In this document: piece after piece, positions 29,055 through 39,418 of the stretch
Layout: the number at the start of each line of letters is the position of its first letter
Numbering within the stretch: position 1 is the stretch's first letter
Source: Candidatus Fermentibacteraceae bacterium
GTDB taxonomy: Bacteria; Fermentibacterota; Fermentibacteria; Fermentibacterales; JCC-6
DNA: 64,000 nt
Direction: 5' to 3'
NCBI GenBank assembly: GCA_041750285.1
Contig: JBGSZS010000008.1
Coordinates: 87,850-151,849 of the forward strand
Made by a program: the position numbers and the translations under genes
Notes under the pieces: generated by a model
The model's input: the letters and a program-made list of their open reading frames with translations, nothing else
Told to the model about the DNA's origin: nothing
The model's database searches: none

Positions 29055-30179
29055 ATGAGGTACAGGAAGCTTGGCAGAACGGGTGAAAGCGTTTCCACAC
29101 TGGCCTTCGGGGCAATGCGGCTGCCACACGAGCCGGGTGACCCTGAAAGCATACTTCACGCGGAGGCACAGGATCTGGTCTACCGGGCTCTGGCGCTGGG
29201 AGTGAACCTGCTGGACACTGCCTGGAACTACCACAGGGAGAAAAGCGAGGTTTTTCTAGGCGACATCCTCTCTCCCGGTGAGAGGGGGAAGATCCTTCTC
29301 TCAACGAAGCTGCCGTGCTGGCTGGTGGAGAAACCCGATGATGCAGGGAGATTCCTGGACAAACAGATGGAGAGGCTCAGAACCGACTGGCTCGACATCT
29401 ATCTCCTTCACGGGCTCAACCGGAGAACCTGGGAGAAGATGAAGGCTGCCGGAATTCCGGAGTGGGGCGCCCGCATGAGGGAAGAAGGGCGGATCCGCTT
29501 CTTCGGTTTCAGCTTTCACGACAGCTACGAAACTTACAAGGACGTACTCGCCCACATGAACTGGGACCTTTGCCTTTTGATGCTGAACTATGTCGACACC
29601 GAGTACCAGGCGGGTCTGAAGGGAGTCCTTGATGCCGCTGCCAGAGGCATGGGTGTGATGATAATGGAGCCCCTTCGAGGGGGTTCTCTGGCGGGCAACC
29701 TTCCCGCAGATGTCTCGGCTTGTTTCCGTGGAACACAGCATACACCTGCGGCCCTTGGTCTTCGCTGGGTATGGAACCTTCCCGGCGTATCAACGGTTCT
29801 CAGCGGTATGACGACTGTGGGTCAGCTCGAAGAGAATGCCGCACTGGCGGATCAATCGCCTGCGGGTTGTCTGGACACCGGTGAGCTCGAAGCCTACAAA
29901 AAGGCCAGGGAAGTGTTTCTTGCAAGGGCCGAGATCCCCTGCACGCAGTGTGAATACTGCATGCCCTGCCCACAGGGAGTGGCCATCCCATGGTGCTTCA
30001 ACTACTACAATTACTACACCATGCACGCTGACCTCGAACAGGCGAGAACCCTCTACGGCTTCATAGGTGAAAGGTTCGGCGCCCACAGGTGCAACAGGTG
30101 CGGTGCATGCCTCGAGCGGTGCCCAAGGGGTCTTTCGATCCCCGATCTTCTCGAGAAGGTCCACTCCACACTGGGATGA
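29055..30179 (+). CDS. Aldo/keto reductase with C-terminal 4Fe-4S dicluster domain
   Basis: MRYRKLGRTG, LAFGAMRLP, DTAWNYH, STKLP, MEPLRGG, PCTQCEYCMPCP, CNRCGACLERCP. Confidence 0.92.
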   Translation: MRYRKLGRTGESVSTLAFGAMRLPHEPGDPESILHAEAQDLVYRALALGVNLLDTAWNYHREKSEVFLGDILSPGERGKILLSTKLPCWLVEKPDDAGRFLDKQMERLRTDWLDIYLLHGLNRRTWEKMKAAGIPEWGARMREEGRIRFFGFSFHDSYETYKDVLAHMNWDLCLLMLNYVDTEYQAGLKGVLDAAARGMGVMIMEPLRGGSLAGNLPADVSACFRGTQHTPAALGLRWVWNLPGVSTVLSGMTTVGQLEENAALADQSPAGCLDTGELEAYKKAREVFLARAEIPCTQCEYCMPCPQGVAIPWCFNYYNYYTMHADLEQARTLYGFIGERFGAHRCNRCGACLERCPRGLSIPDLLEKVHSTLG

Positions 30180-30190
30180 TCCCATGAACC

Positions 30191-30220
30191 AAAGCGGCCC
30201 CGGCGGGTTGCCGGAGCCGC
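30191..30220. terminator. Hairpin terminator between convergent genes
   Basis: Minus strand GCGGCTCCGGC-AACCC-GCCGGGGCCGC followed by TTT. Confidence 0.55.
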
Positions 30221-30238
30221 ACTTGTGACGGTCTGTCC

Positions 30239-30838
30239 CTACGGGGTGTAAAGATTGTTTATGAGAAGCTCGGCGAGCTTGATGCTGGTTTCGGTTCTGT
30301 CCAGACCAGGAAAGACCGCTGGTTCCCAGGTTATGTGAAAGCATACGTTCCCGCGAAGGCCGACGAACCGCACCGGCAGGCGGTCGGCCGAGGGGACGTC
30401 GCCTATGGAGGCGGCATCCCAGAGGGCTCCGGGAACCTCAACGGGGTTGGTGAGGAAGCTGACGGCGAAGTCGTAACCACTGCGGCCGCCTGCCACGTCA
30501 ACCTCGAACCTGACCTTGCTGTACGGAATGCTGCCTATGTTGTAGCTGCCCACAGGCTTGCCAGACGCGGCGCTGCTTGCGGCCTCGGGGAACGAAGCAA
30601 AGCCCGCGGTTCCCATGATGGCTTCAACCTCGGCGGGAGCAATGGCATCGTTCATTGCCCAGCCGTCGGGAAGAACTATCGTATCTCCGGGCTGACCCGG
30701 CTGAATCCCGGTTTCGGTCTCGACATCCGCTTCCGTTTCCGTGGCGGTTTCGGCGGCGGTGTCCGGTGCGGGTTGTTCCCCGCATCCCGCAAGGGCGAAA
30801 AGCATCAATGCTGCAAGAAGAAGGATCGTCTCTTTCAT
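30239..30838 (-). CDS. Lipoprotein, hypothetical
   Basis: Lipobox LAGC, acidic Thr/Glu linker. Confidence 0.75.
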   Translation of the reverse strand: MKETILLLAALMLFALAGCGEQPAPDTAAETATETEADVETETGIQPGQPGDTIVLPDGWAMNDAIAPAEVEAIMGTAGFASFPEAASSAASGKPVGSYNIGSIPYSKVRFEVDVAGGRSGYDFAVSFLTNPVEVPGALWDAASIGDVPSADRLPVRFVGLRGNVCFHITWEPAVFPGLDRTETSIKLAELLINNLYTP

Positions 30839-30945
30839 CGCCTCACCTTTCCTGAATCAACCTGTTTGTTATCATTACCGGACGGCAGGGTCAGTCATCC
30901 ACCCGGTAAATTCAATCATAGCTGTTTTTATGTGTTCCGGCACTG

Positions 30946-33900
30946 TCAATCGTCGGGAATACCGGGTATCCCCAACCGGTCGGCCAGGCCACGCATCTTC
31001 AGGCCAAGTTCCTCTCCGACGTTCCTGCCCTCACAGACCGACACCGCCCGGAGGTGCAGATCTGAAGCCCTGTCACGATTCCCAGCCTCCAATTCCATCC
31101 CGGCAAGCATGCAAAGGGCTCCGGCTTCGCCGATCCCGTCTTCGGAAGCGCGACTCACCTCAAGGGATCTGCGGAGGACCTGGTCGGCCTGCTCGGACCT
31201 TCCGGTGAGTATCAGAAGTTCTGCAAGGCTGTTGAGGGTTTCCACCTCGTCGAGGGTCTGACCCGTTTCCTCCTGAATGGCAAGTGACTGCCTGAAAAGA
31301 GACTCGGCCTCCATGAACCTTCCATTCCTTGCGGCGAGTCTGCCGAGTTTTGCCAGGGTCTGGAGTTCGAGCAACCTGTTCCCCGTTTTCCTGTAGATGA
31401 CAAGGGCCGAGTCGTAGTGTTTCCCGGCGTCTTCAAGCCTGCCCTCGAGCAGGGCGAGGATGCCCAGGTTCGCATGGGCGTTTGCCTCGCTCTGCAGATT
31501 TCCGGTCTCACCGGTCAGTTCAAGTGCTTTCCGGTAAAACTTCCCAGCCTGGTCAATGTCTCCGAGGCATCGGTGTATGACACCAATGTTCAGGAGTGTG
31601 TTCCCCTCGTACCACCTGTTCCGTGTTTCCCTGCTCACCTCGTTGGCTGTCCGAAAGAACTCCAGTGCTTCGGGGAGCCTCTCCAGGTTCCAGTTCGCTA
31701 TCCCCAGCGAGTTAATGGCCATGCATTCGGCATTTCTGTCTCCGCACTTCCTGAAAAGGCTCAATGCCCTCTCTGACAGCTCCACACTTTCAAGGGGTCT
31801 GCCCTGCTTGATGCAGAGGGCGGCCATGTCGGCGAGCATTCCGCCATGGACCTCCTCGTCACACAGCCCGGCCGATTCAATAATGGCCTGAGAAAGGGTC
31901 TCCCTGGCCTGCTCCAGCATGCCGGTGTGTATCTGCATCCTGCCCAGGCGCCCCATCACCATTACCGTCCAGTCGCGCCTTTCAGCCCTCCCTGCTGCAT
32001 CTTCCAGTTCGCGCAGCAACAACGCCTGTTCCTCCCTCCGCCCCAGAAGGTCCAGGAATTTTTCACGGGCCATCATCACCTCGAACAGGGAATTGTCTCG
32101 ATAGCTGCTTCCAGGCTGGCCTTTGATCAACCTGAGAAGGCGGTCGGTGACAACCAGCCCCTCCTCATTGAGGAAATGGAGCTCACAATGCTCGAGGGCG
32201 CGGAGCCCCCACTCGATGGCTTTGCCAGAGTCACCCGCCAGGTCCCAGTGGTCGGCGATCACAACAGCCATGTCGCTCCTGCCTGCGGCAAAGTCCTGCT
32301 CCAGTGCCTGGGCGGCGAGCCTGTGCAGTACGGTTCGGTTCCGGAAGAGCAGCATGTCGTATGCCGCATCACGAATGAGAAGATGGGCGAAACGACGGCC
32401 TGGTTCTCCGCAGAAATCCATGGGCTTCAAGAAACCCCTTCCGCAGAGCTGCTTGAGGCATTCGGCCGGGGGGATGCCGTTTCCCGGAAGCACGTTGATC
32501 CTCGAGAACAGGTCGTCGGTGAATTCGGATCCAAGAACCGAAGCAAGAAGCAGGCCGGACTTCAGTCCGCCGGAGAGCCTGTCGATCCGCGACCTGATTA
32601 TGCCGCCCAGGGATGCAGGCGCAGGAGGTGCGGCGGGATGAGGGTGGTATTCCCATCCGTTTCCGGTTTCCACAAGGCGTCCCGATTCGATCAGGTCAAG
32701 CACCATCTCCTCGATGAAGAACGGATTACCCCCGGATCTCTCCAGAACAGCTTCCCCGACCTCCCGGCTGACCTCGCACCCAAGCATGTGTCCGATGATC
32801 AGCTTCCCATCCTTTTTCTCCAGCTCCTCCAGCCTGATGATCCGATGCGGATGCTCAGGACGCGCATCGGCATATCCGTCGGAGCGGTACGAAAGGAGAA
32901 CAAGCACCCTGCGCAGGGGACGCAGGCCCCCGAGAATGAAATCGAGCACTTCCCGGGAAGCTGCATCGGCCCACTGGATGTCCTCGAGCAGAAGAAGCAC
33001 TTCCCTGGAAGCGGATGCCGCCTCGATGATCTTCCTGAGAGAGATCATCATCTCCTTTCGGCGTGAGTCGCGGCTCATCCCAGAGAAGGGCTGGGTTCCA
33101 GGGTCGAGTGATAGAAGGCTTCGAAGGAAGGGGAGCGTTCCTGCAAGGTCATCGATTCGGATAGTTTCAGCGTTTGAGACGAGTCTTTCGACAAGGGCTT
33201 CGGGAGACCTGTCCTGCGAACCCAGCAGGAAATCTCCTGCAATGGCATCGGCGAGCATGGTTGACCAAAGCCCCAGGGGCGGCTGTGAGAATGAGAGATT
33301 CCTTCCGGTTAAAACCGCGGGCTTTTCGGAGCTGCGCGCAAGCTCACCGGCAAACTCGTAAAGCAGTCTGGACTTCCCGATGCCGGCCTCACCCGTTACG
33401 GAAACGACGGCAAACGAACCCGGTCCCAGCCCCTCCCAGATGGTACGAAGCAGGGAGAGCTCCCCTTCCCGGCCAAGATGAGGCGTTCCCGATATTCTGG
33501 CGGCCCTCTCCCACCTCTGAAGCGGAACCGTCCCGGGGCCTGTCGGCTGATGGGCATGAACAGGGGCGGATCTTCCCCTGATGATCATCTCACCAAGGTC
33601 CGACCACGCGAACATTTCGCCGCACATGTCCCTTGCCCTCCCGGAAACCGCCGCACTGCCAAGGGGAGCCATGTCCGCAAGACGGGAAGCAACGTTCACC
33701 ACATCTCCGGTTGCCGTCAGATGGCCGCAGGCATCGGGAGCGACAATGACCTGTCCGCAGCTCACACCGGCTCTTGCTTCCACCTTGATGCCTTCACCCG
33801 CAAGCATCTCGTTGACCTGGTCGAGGGCGCGGAGCATTCGAAGGGCGCTGTCAACGGCCCTCACCGAATCGTTGTCACCGGCCTGCTCGGCACCGAAGAG

Positions 33901-34176
33901 GGCCATGATCCGGTCCCCTTCCAGCTTGTCCACATAACCGCCTCCGCCGGAAACGATCCCCGAAAAGGCCTGCATGATACCGGTCACGAGATGATGGACC
34001 AGCTCGAAATCCAGCCTCTCCGCCAGAGCCGTGAAGCCGCTTATGTCAAGGAACAGAACGGCAACATCCCTTCTTTCTCCCGGATGAAGCCGTGGTCCCG
34101 AGCTGGCGGTGCCTGGCGAAATGCCCGTGATCCTGACAAGATCATCGGTGAGATTGTCAAGCAGCGATTGCCGCAC
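30946..34176 (-). CDS. Class III adenylate/guanylate cyclase + AAA/STAND ATPase + TPR protein
   Basis: VLFLDISGFT, DKLEGDRIMALFG, TGDVVNVASRL; GEAGIGKSRL, LEDIQWAD, GGNPFFIEE; about 8 TPRs. Confidence 0.9.
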   Translation of the reverse strand: MRQSLLDNLTDDLVRITGISPGTASSGPRLHPGERRDVAVLFLDISGFTALAERLDFELVHHLVTGIMQAFSGIVSGGGGYVDKLEGDRIMALFGAEQAGDNDSVRAVDSALRMLRALDQVNEMLAGEGIKVEARAGVSCGQVIVAPDACGHLTATGDVVNVASRLADMAPLGSAAVSGRARDMCGEMFAWSDLGEMIIRGRSAPVHAHQPTGPGTVPLQRWERAARISGTPHLGREGELSLLRTIWEGLGPGSFAVVSVTGEAGIGKSRLLYEFAGELARSSEKPAVLTGRNLSFSQPPLGLWSTMLADAIAGDFLLGSQDRSPEALVERLVSNAETIRIDDLAGTLPFLRSLLSLDPGTQPFSGMSRDSRRKEMMISLRKIIEAASASREVLLLLEDIQWADAASREVLDFILGGLRPLRRVLVLLSYRSDGYADARPEHPHRIIRLEELEKKDGKLIIGHMLGCEVSREVGEAVLERSGGNPFFIEEMVLDLIESGRLVETGNGWEYHPHPAAPPAPASLGGIIRSRIDRLSGGLKSGLLLASVLGSEFTDDLFSRINVLPGNGIPPAECLKQLCGRGFLKPMDFCGEPGRRFAHLLIRDAAYDMLLFRNRTVLHRLAAQALEQDFAAGRSDMAVVIADHWDLAGDSGKAIEWGLRALEHCELHFLNEEGLVVTDRLLRLIKGQPGSSYRDNSLFEVMMAREKFLDLLGRREEQALLLRELEDAAGRAERRDWTVMVMGRLGRMQIHTGMLEQARETLSQAIIESAGLCDEEVHGGMLADMAALCIKQGRPLESVELSERALSLFRKCGDRNAECMAINSLGIANWNLERLPEALEFFRTANEVSRETRNRWYEGNTLLNIGVIHRCLGDIDQAGKFYRKALELTGETGNLQSEANAHANLGILALLEGRLEDAGKHYDSALVIYRKTGNRLLELQTLAKLGRLAARNGRFMEAESLFRQSLAIQEETGQTLDEVETLNSLAELLILTGRSEQADQVLRRSLEVSRASEDGIGEAGALCMLAGMELEAGNRDRASDLHLRAVSVCEGRNVGEELGLKMRGLADRLGIPGIPDD

Positions 34177-34301
34177 GTGTCCCCCCTGAGTGTTCGGGTC
34201 TGCGGCGACAATACCCGCCGGCCGCCGGTATGGTCAATCCGGACTTTCCGTCGCCGGAACTTCATCCGCAGGTTATGTTCAACAGAGTGAAGGGAGGAAG
34301 C

Positions 34302-34856
34302 ATGATTGATCCCGATCCAACCGATCCCCTCCTCGGGGGCAGGGTGCATGTCTACACGGGGAACGGGAAGGGTAAGACCACTGCGGCTCTGGGGCTTGCG
34401 TTGCGCTTCGCCTGCTCGGGCCGGAGGGTTTACATCGGCCAGTTCATGAAGGGAAGCGACTACTCAGAATTGTGCCTTCCCCTGCATTTCCCCGGGCTGG
34501 TCACAATGGAGCAGTATGGAACTCCCCGCCTGCTCTGTCAGGGCGAGACACCCTCGAAAGATGACATAGACAGGGCAAAGCAAGGCCTTCACCTGATCAG
34601 GGAAGCGGTATCAGGGGGATCGTACGGGCTCGTTGTCGCCGATGAGCTCAACGTGACGGTTCACCTGGGGCTGCTTTCGGTCCATGATGCCCTCTGCGTT
34701 GTCAAGGAAAGGGCACAGGGAGTTGAGCTGGTCCTCACAGGAAGACATGCCCCGAAGGAGTTCATCGACGCCGCTGACCTGGTAACGGAGATGACCGAGA
34801 TCAGGCACTACTACAACACCGAGAAGCTTAAGGCCCGGAGGGGCATAGAATACTAG
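34302..34856 (+). CDS. btuR: Cob(I)alamin adenosyltransferase (CobA/CobO/BtuR family)
   Basis: VHVYTGNGKGKTTAALG, QFMKG, DELN, ELVLTGR, ADLVTEM, ARRGIEY. Confidence 0.92.
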   Translation: MIDPDPTDPLLGGRVHVYTGNGKGKTTAALGLALRFACSGRRVYIGQFMKGSDYSELCLPLHFPGLVTMEQYGTPRLLCQGETPSKDDIDRAKQGLHLIREAVSGGSYGLVVADELNVTVHLGLLSVHDALCVVKERAQGVELVLTGRHAPKEFIDAADLVTEMTEIRHYYNTEKLKARRGIEY

Positions 34857-34873
34857 GGAAAGGCAGAGCACTC

Positions 34874-35935
34874 ATGGTGTTGATTCTGTTCGCACTTGGG
34901 CTCAACCCCGAGCCGGTGCAGGTGGCGGAGGATGCGGTTTCCGTGGTTCCCCTCGACGGGACCACGGTGCTTGTCATCGACGGCGAGGGGGCCGGATACA
35001 CCCTGAATCTCGGGACAGGGCAAAGAGACCCATGGAGTCCCTCATGGTCGCCCGGTGAGGACGGGTGGGAGGATGACGGATACGTCTTCGCCACCGACCT
35101 GAGCCCCGACGGCAACCATCTGCTGATCCTGAAGGGGGTCTACACTCCCGACCGCTTCGGCTTTCCACGGGGATTCGACGGAATGAGGAGCGTCATACTG
35201 GTCATCCTGAGCAGACCTGACGGTTCGGACGCAACGCCTGTTGCGGTAAGCATTGCGGCGGGGGGCGGCCCCGATTTCGCATTCACGGCTGATTCACGAT
35301 TCATCGTGGGCGGGCCGATGTTCGACTGCGAACCAACCCCCGGGGAATATTCGGCCCTGATCAGAAGCGATTCCGGAAGCTTCACGATGGAGCCGGTGAA
35401 CAGGATAACGGTCTCCACCGGGGAACGAAGCCTGATCGCCGGCCTGGACATCGCAGACGGCTTCTGGAAGTGCCCGTACAGTGACTGGGCCAGGCTTGAG
35501 AACAACTGGTACGCCGAACACACGTTCAGCAACATCGCAACTGGCGGAGTTGCAGGATTCTTCAGGGTACCGGGAGGCGAGGCCAGGGTACACGGCTGGG
35601 TGCTGGAAGACGCACTTCTAATGACTGCTCAGAAGGGACAGGGGCTTCTCTACGTCGACGGTTCTTTCGTGCCCTGTCCTTCAGGCACCTGGGACGTTCT
35701 TTCATGGCTTCCCGACGGCCGGTTCATCTACGAGAGGAACGGAAGCGGAGACTTCCTGCTTGGAGAGGTTGACTGGGGGACTTTCACTGCGGGACCCTTC
35801 GCGGTGCCGGTGGATATTCCCGAAGACATCAGGCAGACGATCGTGAAGCCCATGCCGGGCGTGCCTTGTACCGGCGTCCTCTTTCACGACAGATGGGGCA
35901 GCGGCAATCTGTGGTTCCTGAGGACGGGAGAATGA
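34874..35935 (+). CDS. Hypothetical exported protein (TolB/WD40-like)
   Basis: Short hydrophobic N-terminus, LSPDG, FTADS, WLPDG units. Confidence 0.65.
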   Translation: MVLILFALGLNPEPVQVAEDAVSVVPLDGTTVLVIDGEGAGYTLNLGTGQRDPWSPSWSPGEDGWEDDGYVFATDLSPDGNHLLILKGVYTPDRFGFPRGFDGMRSVILVILSRPDGSDATPVAVSIAAGGGPDFAFTADSRFIVGGPMFDCEPTPGEYSALIRSDSGSFTMEPVNRITVSTGERSLIAGLDIADGFWKCPYSDWARLENNWYAEHTFSNIATGGVAGFFRVPGGEARVHGWVLEDALLMTAQKGQGLLYVDGSFVPCPSGTWDVLSWLPDGRFIYERNGSGDFLLGEVDWGTFTAGPFAVPVDIPEDIRQTIVKPMPGVPCTGVLFHDRWGSGNLWFLRTGE

Positions 35936-37212
35936 TGACACGCATTGGATGCTTCAGAGAGGTCGCGGCCGTCCTTCTGCTTGCATCCACAGCTGTGGGA
36001 AACGGTGGCCCTGTTGACATGTCGATGGTGGTCTCCACGGGGAATCTGCGTTTTCTGAACGTGCCGGGAGTGGAGCTTCTGTCAGAGGAACTGAACATTG
36101 CCATGGAAAGGGATCATGCTGTGGTGAGGGTCGTCTACAGGCTCGAAAACCACGGTGCGACAACCCGGATAACCTACGGGTTCCCGGTGGAGACCTTCGA
36201 CCGGATGGAATGGGAACCCGAGCGGGAAGACTTCTCCTCATTCCGTTTCACGGTGGACGGAGTAACGGTTGCACCCGGTCAGCCTGTGGCGGAGGACACC
36301 CTGACACTGGAGATCGAGGGCATGGAACAGTCCGGAAGGATGGTCCGCTCTTGGCGTTCCATCGAGCTTGATCTGGCCGGGAACGGGCAGACCGTGGTGG
36401 AAGTGGACTACAGGGTCAGACCCTGTTTCATGGACTGGTCTTCCAACAAGTCCGCATTCGTCTCCTACTCCCACCGATACTTCCGCTACCTCCTGGATCC
36501 TTCCGGAAACTGGGGAGACGGTACCGTGCAAAGCTTCCGGTGCACCCTGGATTTCAGGGAACTCCTCCGGAAGGGAGGGGAAGTGATCTCACTGCCCGGA
36601 GGGGGAGACTGGATCGAGCCCGGCCTGTACAGGATAGACAGGGAGGAGTTCGACCTGGCTTCGGCTCCGCCGATGGAACTGGTTTACGACGTGACGGCTT
36701 GGAAGTGGACGGACTATGTCGTCGAACAAAGGTTTCCGGCCGACTCCCTTGAGGTTGTTTCCTCCAGCCCGTCGCTCCCTCCGTCCGGGGAAGTGTCGTA
36801 CCGATTGGAGAACCTCTTCGACGGCCGTCCGGAAACAGCCTGGGCACTCTCGTTGGAGGAGAATCCCGAGCCCCGGTTGACGGTGGACCTCAGGGGGGAG
36901 ATCCTGAGTTGCGTGGCCCTGATCCCGGGCTACGCCCGAAGCCGGGAAACCTGGACCGGCAACGCCCGTATCAGGTCGGCCACCGTGACTGTCTACTACT
37001 CGAACCAAGGTTACCCGCATGTCTATGAAAACGATGTTGAACTGCCGGATACGGACTTTCCTGAAGACATCCCAATGTCCCGGGCCATGCAGGTGCTGTT
37101 CAGTTCGGGCGAATACCTTCCGGTGGACTCGGTGACCGTTCGATTCACCGGGGTCTATCCCGGAGCAGTCTGGAACGATCTTTGCGTTTCGGAGTTGATC
37201 CTCACCAGATGA
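35932..37212 (+). CDS. Secreted DUF4424-like protein with C-terminal discoidin/glycan-binding-like domain
   Basis: Signal + NGGP, EELNI...YRLEN...YGFP, RYLL..GNW; C-terminal NLFDGRPETAW...GYARS...NAR...VYPG..WNDLCVSEL. Confidence 0.65.
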   Translation: MMTRIGCFREVAAVLLLASTAVGNGGPVDMSMVVSTGNLRFLNVPGVELLSEELNIAMERDHAVVRVVYRLENHGATTRITYGFPVETFDRMEWEPEREDFSSFRFTVDGVTVAPGQPVAEDTLTLEIEGMEQSGRMVRSWRSIELDLAGNGQTVVEVDYRVRPCFMDWSSNKSAFVSYSHRYFRYLLDPSGNWGDGTVQSFRCTLDFRELLRKGGEVISLPGGGDWIEPGLYRIDREEFDLASAPPMELVYDVTAWKWTDYVVEQRFPADSLEVVSSSPSLPPSGEVSYRLENLFDGRPETAWALSLEENPEPRLTVDLRGEILSCVALIPGYARSRETWTGNARIRSATVTVYYSNQGYPHVYENDVELPDTDFPEDIPMSRAMQVLFSSGEYLPVDSVTVRFTGVYPGAVWNDLCVSELILTR

Positions 37213-38084
37213 AGGCGGTTTCAGCGGTTCTGCTGATTGTTGTCGCTGTGCGTGGCAGTGTTCACTCCGTGGTTCTGCCCCCGCCGGCGGGAACCGAGGT
37301 CCTGGAAATCACCTCCGGCGACACCCTTCTGGTTCTGTGCGCCGGATCGGTATGGGTCCTGACCCCCGTCCGCAGGGCCTATGACAACATGATCCCCGGA
37401 GGCAGACCCGCCGGGGTGGGAGTAGACTCCATTGCCTACCGGGTGGATGATCCCGGGCAGGAACGCACCCTGATTCCAAGTCCGGGGGTGTTCTACCTGG
37501 CCTCGGACCTGCCTGCAACCTTTCCGAACGACACCTTCTTTCTTGTGGAGCCCCCATATATCGCCTTCCCCGGAACAATCGTTCAGGTGGCCGTGAGAGC
37601 CGATGACACATACATCGGCTACCTCATGGAGCTTATCAACACTCCCTTCGTAATGACCCCGAGGCTTACGCCTGAAGGCCGTCATCAGTCGGACGCCCGG
37701 CTTGGAACGGATTGCGCCGGACTGGCTGTATACGGACGCAGAAGGATGGGACACCAGGTGCAGTATCTGGGGCCTTCGGGAATTGTCAGATACCTAGACG
37801 ATCTCGGAAACGGAATGCTCGCACCCCGGCTGGTGTCCGGGATCGAGCTGTACACGGACAGTTCCGGGGCGCCGATGCCGGTCGGGGAAGGAGGGCTGCT
37901 TCCCGGCGACATCCTGCACTTTCAGGTACAGGTATCGGTTTTTTACGGTGATTGCGGGAGTATCGGCCTGCTGGATCCCGATGATCTCGTGATACAGTCA
38001 TGGTTCGACGGGCCGCACATCTGCACGATCCGGGATAACGGCTTCTTTCCCCGCCCCTTGAGTGTTCACCGCTGGAGGGAGTGA
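37209..38084 (+). CDS. Secreted protein with possible NlpC/P60-like papain-fold domain
   Basis: Signal peptide; GTDCAGL, LPGDILHF. Confidence 0.55.
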   Translation: MKAVSAVLLIVVAVRGSVHSVVLPPPAGTEVLEITSGDTLLVLCAGSVWVLTPVRRAYDNMIPGGRPAGVGVDSIAYRVDDPGQERTLIPSPGVFYLASDLPATFPNDTFFLVEPPYIAFPGTIVQVAVRADDTYIGYLMELINTPFVMTPRLTPEGRHQSDARLGTDCAGLAVYGRRRMGHQVQYLGPSGIVRYLDDLGNGMLAPRLVSGIELYTDSSGAPMPVGEGGLLPGDILHFQVQVSVFYGDCGSIGLLDPDDLVIQSWFDGPHICTIRDNGFFPRPLSVHRWRE

Positions 38085-38839
38085 CGACCGTTCTTCTTCG
38101 GTGAGATCGACCTTATCCCGGTCATTCTCAGAAGCTCATCATCCGGGATGGTTCCGGCGGGGCACACCGCAAAACAGTTGTGGCAGTAGAAACCCCTGGC
38201 TTCCAGGGCCGCCCTCTTTGCCATGCAGGCTTCGCGGGACCACGATTCGGGGTATTCCTTCCCGGGGCTGAAGGCTCTGGCGGGACAGGCTTCGATGCAG
38301 AGAGAGCAGTCCCGGCAGGGATCGAAGCCCTCGAGGGGTTTGTCCGGCTCCATCTCCGCATCGGTCATGATCGCACCGAGGCACATCCTGTTCCCGAGAA
38401 CCGGGTTTATCAGAAGGCCCGATTTCCCGTAAACACCCAGCCCCGCCAGGTAACCGCTCAGCTTGCACTGGATAGCTCTCAGACTGAAGGCGTGCCCGCC
38501 CATTTCCAGAAACGCCATGGCCGCCAGGGCAACCGGCGCTGTCATCTGACGCGCAAGCCTGTTCATTGCGAAACGGTCCGAACAGAGCGTGGATGGAACG
38601 GGACCAAGGGGGCGCGGACCCTGGAAGGGGGCCAGCGGTCCGACGAATGTGTTGTTCGACCATGGAGTCATGGCCACGGCATAAACAACGATGGACCTGC
38701 AGGAAGGCCATATCTCAAGCGGGCTGTAACCGTCAACGGCCTTGTCGTAGCCTTCCAGCGGCGAAGCGATGCCTGCGTCGAAGGCACCTGCGCTTCTCAG
38801 ACGGTTCCTGAGCGCATCTTTCAATTCTCTCACCCTCAA
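38066..38839 (-). CDS. QueG/reductive-dehalogenase-like Fe-S protein
   Basis: AGLGVYGKSGLLINP..G.R..LGAIMTD, CRDCSLCIEACP, CHNCFAVCP. Confidence 0.8.
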   Translation of the reverse strand: MRVRELKDALRNRLRSAGAFDAGIASPLEGYDKAVDGYSPLEIWPSCRSIVVYAVAMTPWSNNTFVGPLAPFQGPRPLGPVPSTLCSDRFAMNRLARQMTAPVALAAMAFLEMGGHAFSLRAIQCKLSGYLAGLGVYGKSGLLINPVLGNRMCLGAIMTDAEMEPDKPLEGFDPCRDCSLCIEACPARAFSPGKEYPESWSREACMAKRAALEARGFYCHNCFAVCPAGTIPDDELLRMTGIRSISPKKNGRHSLQR

Positions 38840-39396
38840 TCGTATACGTATCCGCCGGTGTTCTCCTCAAGCCCGCATCCGAGGGCAAGGACAAGTCTGT
38901 TCACGAAGTTGAAATAGGCAACGACCTGCACTGCGTCCAGTATGCCGCGATCGCTGAGGCCGTGTTCCCTGAGCCTGCTCGTGAGCGCGCCGGCGTCACC
39001 GGGCATTTTGGTGATGTTTTGGGCCAGAACGCAGAGGTCGCTGTCGAGAGGGGTCAGGGCCGGTAGAACCGACATGTGGTCACGCGCCAGGGCGGCACAC
39101 CTCTCGCCGTCCTTCCAGAAGTGGTTAAGCGCCTCGATGTGGTGGGCCACACAGTAAGCGCAGCCGTTGGCGGCGCTTGTCACCACACCCATCATCTCCC
39201 GCTGCGGCCGGGACAGGTCGGACCTGCCGAAAACCACCGAACGGTAGAGGTTCATGTGATTTTCGAGGGAATCGGGATCGAGGCTCTGAAGGGTGTGGAC
39301 TGCGGCAATCCCGCCCCTTCCCGATGAGATTGCCCGGTAGACCTCGGCAAGCCTCCCCCCTGCATCCTTCGGGTCTATCGTGTTGATGTGCGGCAT
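38836..39396 (-). CDS. AhpD/CMD-family peroxidase-related enzyme
   Basis: LSRPQREM...SAANGCAYCVAHH, AYFNFVNRLVLALG. Confidence 0.9.
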   Translation of the reverse strand: MPHINTIDPKDAGGRLAEVYRAISSGRGGIAAVHTLQSLDPDSLENHMNLYRSVVFGRSDLSRPQREMMGVVTSAANGCAYCVAHHIEALNHFWKDGERCAALARDHMSVLPALTPLDSDLCVLAQNITKMPGDAGALTSRLREHGLSDRGILDAVQVVAYFNFVNRLVLALGCGLEENTGGYVYD

Positions 39397-39418
39397 TTCG
39401 TCCCTTCAGGGCCCCGGC

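Noticed and set aside
38836..39396. AhpD-family gene as another selenoprotein
   Set aside because: Its CxxC is encoded by two Cys codons and it has no in-frame UGA.
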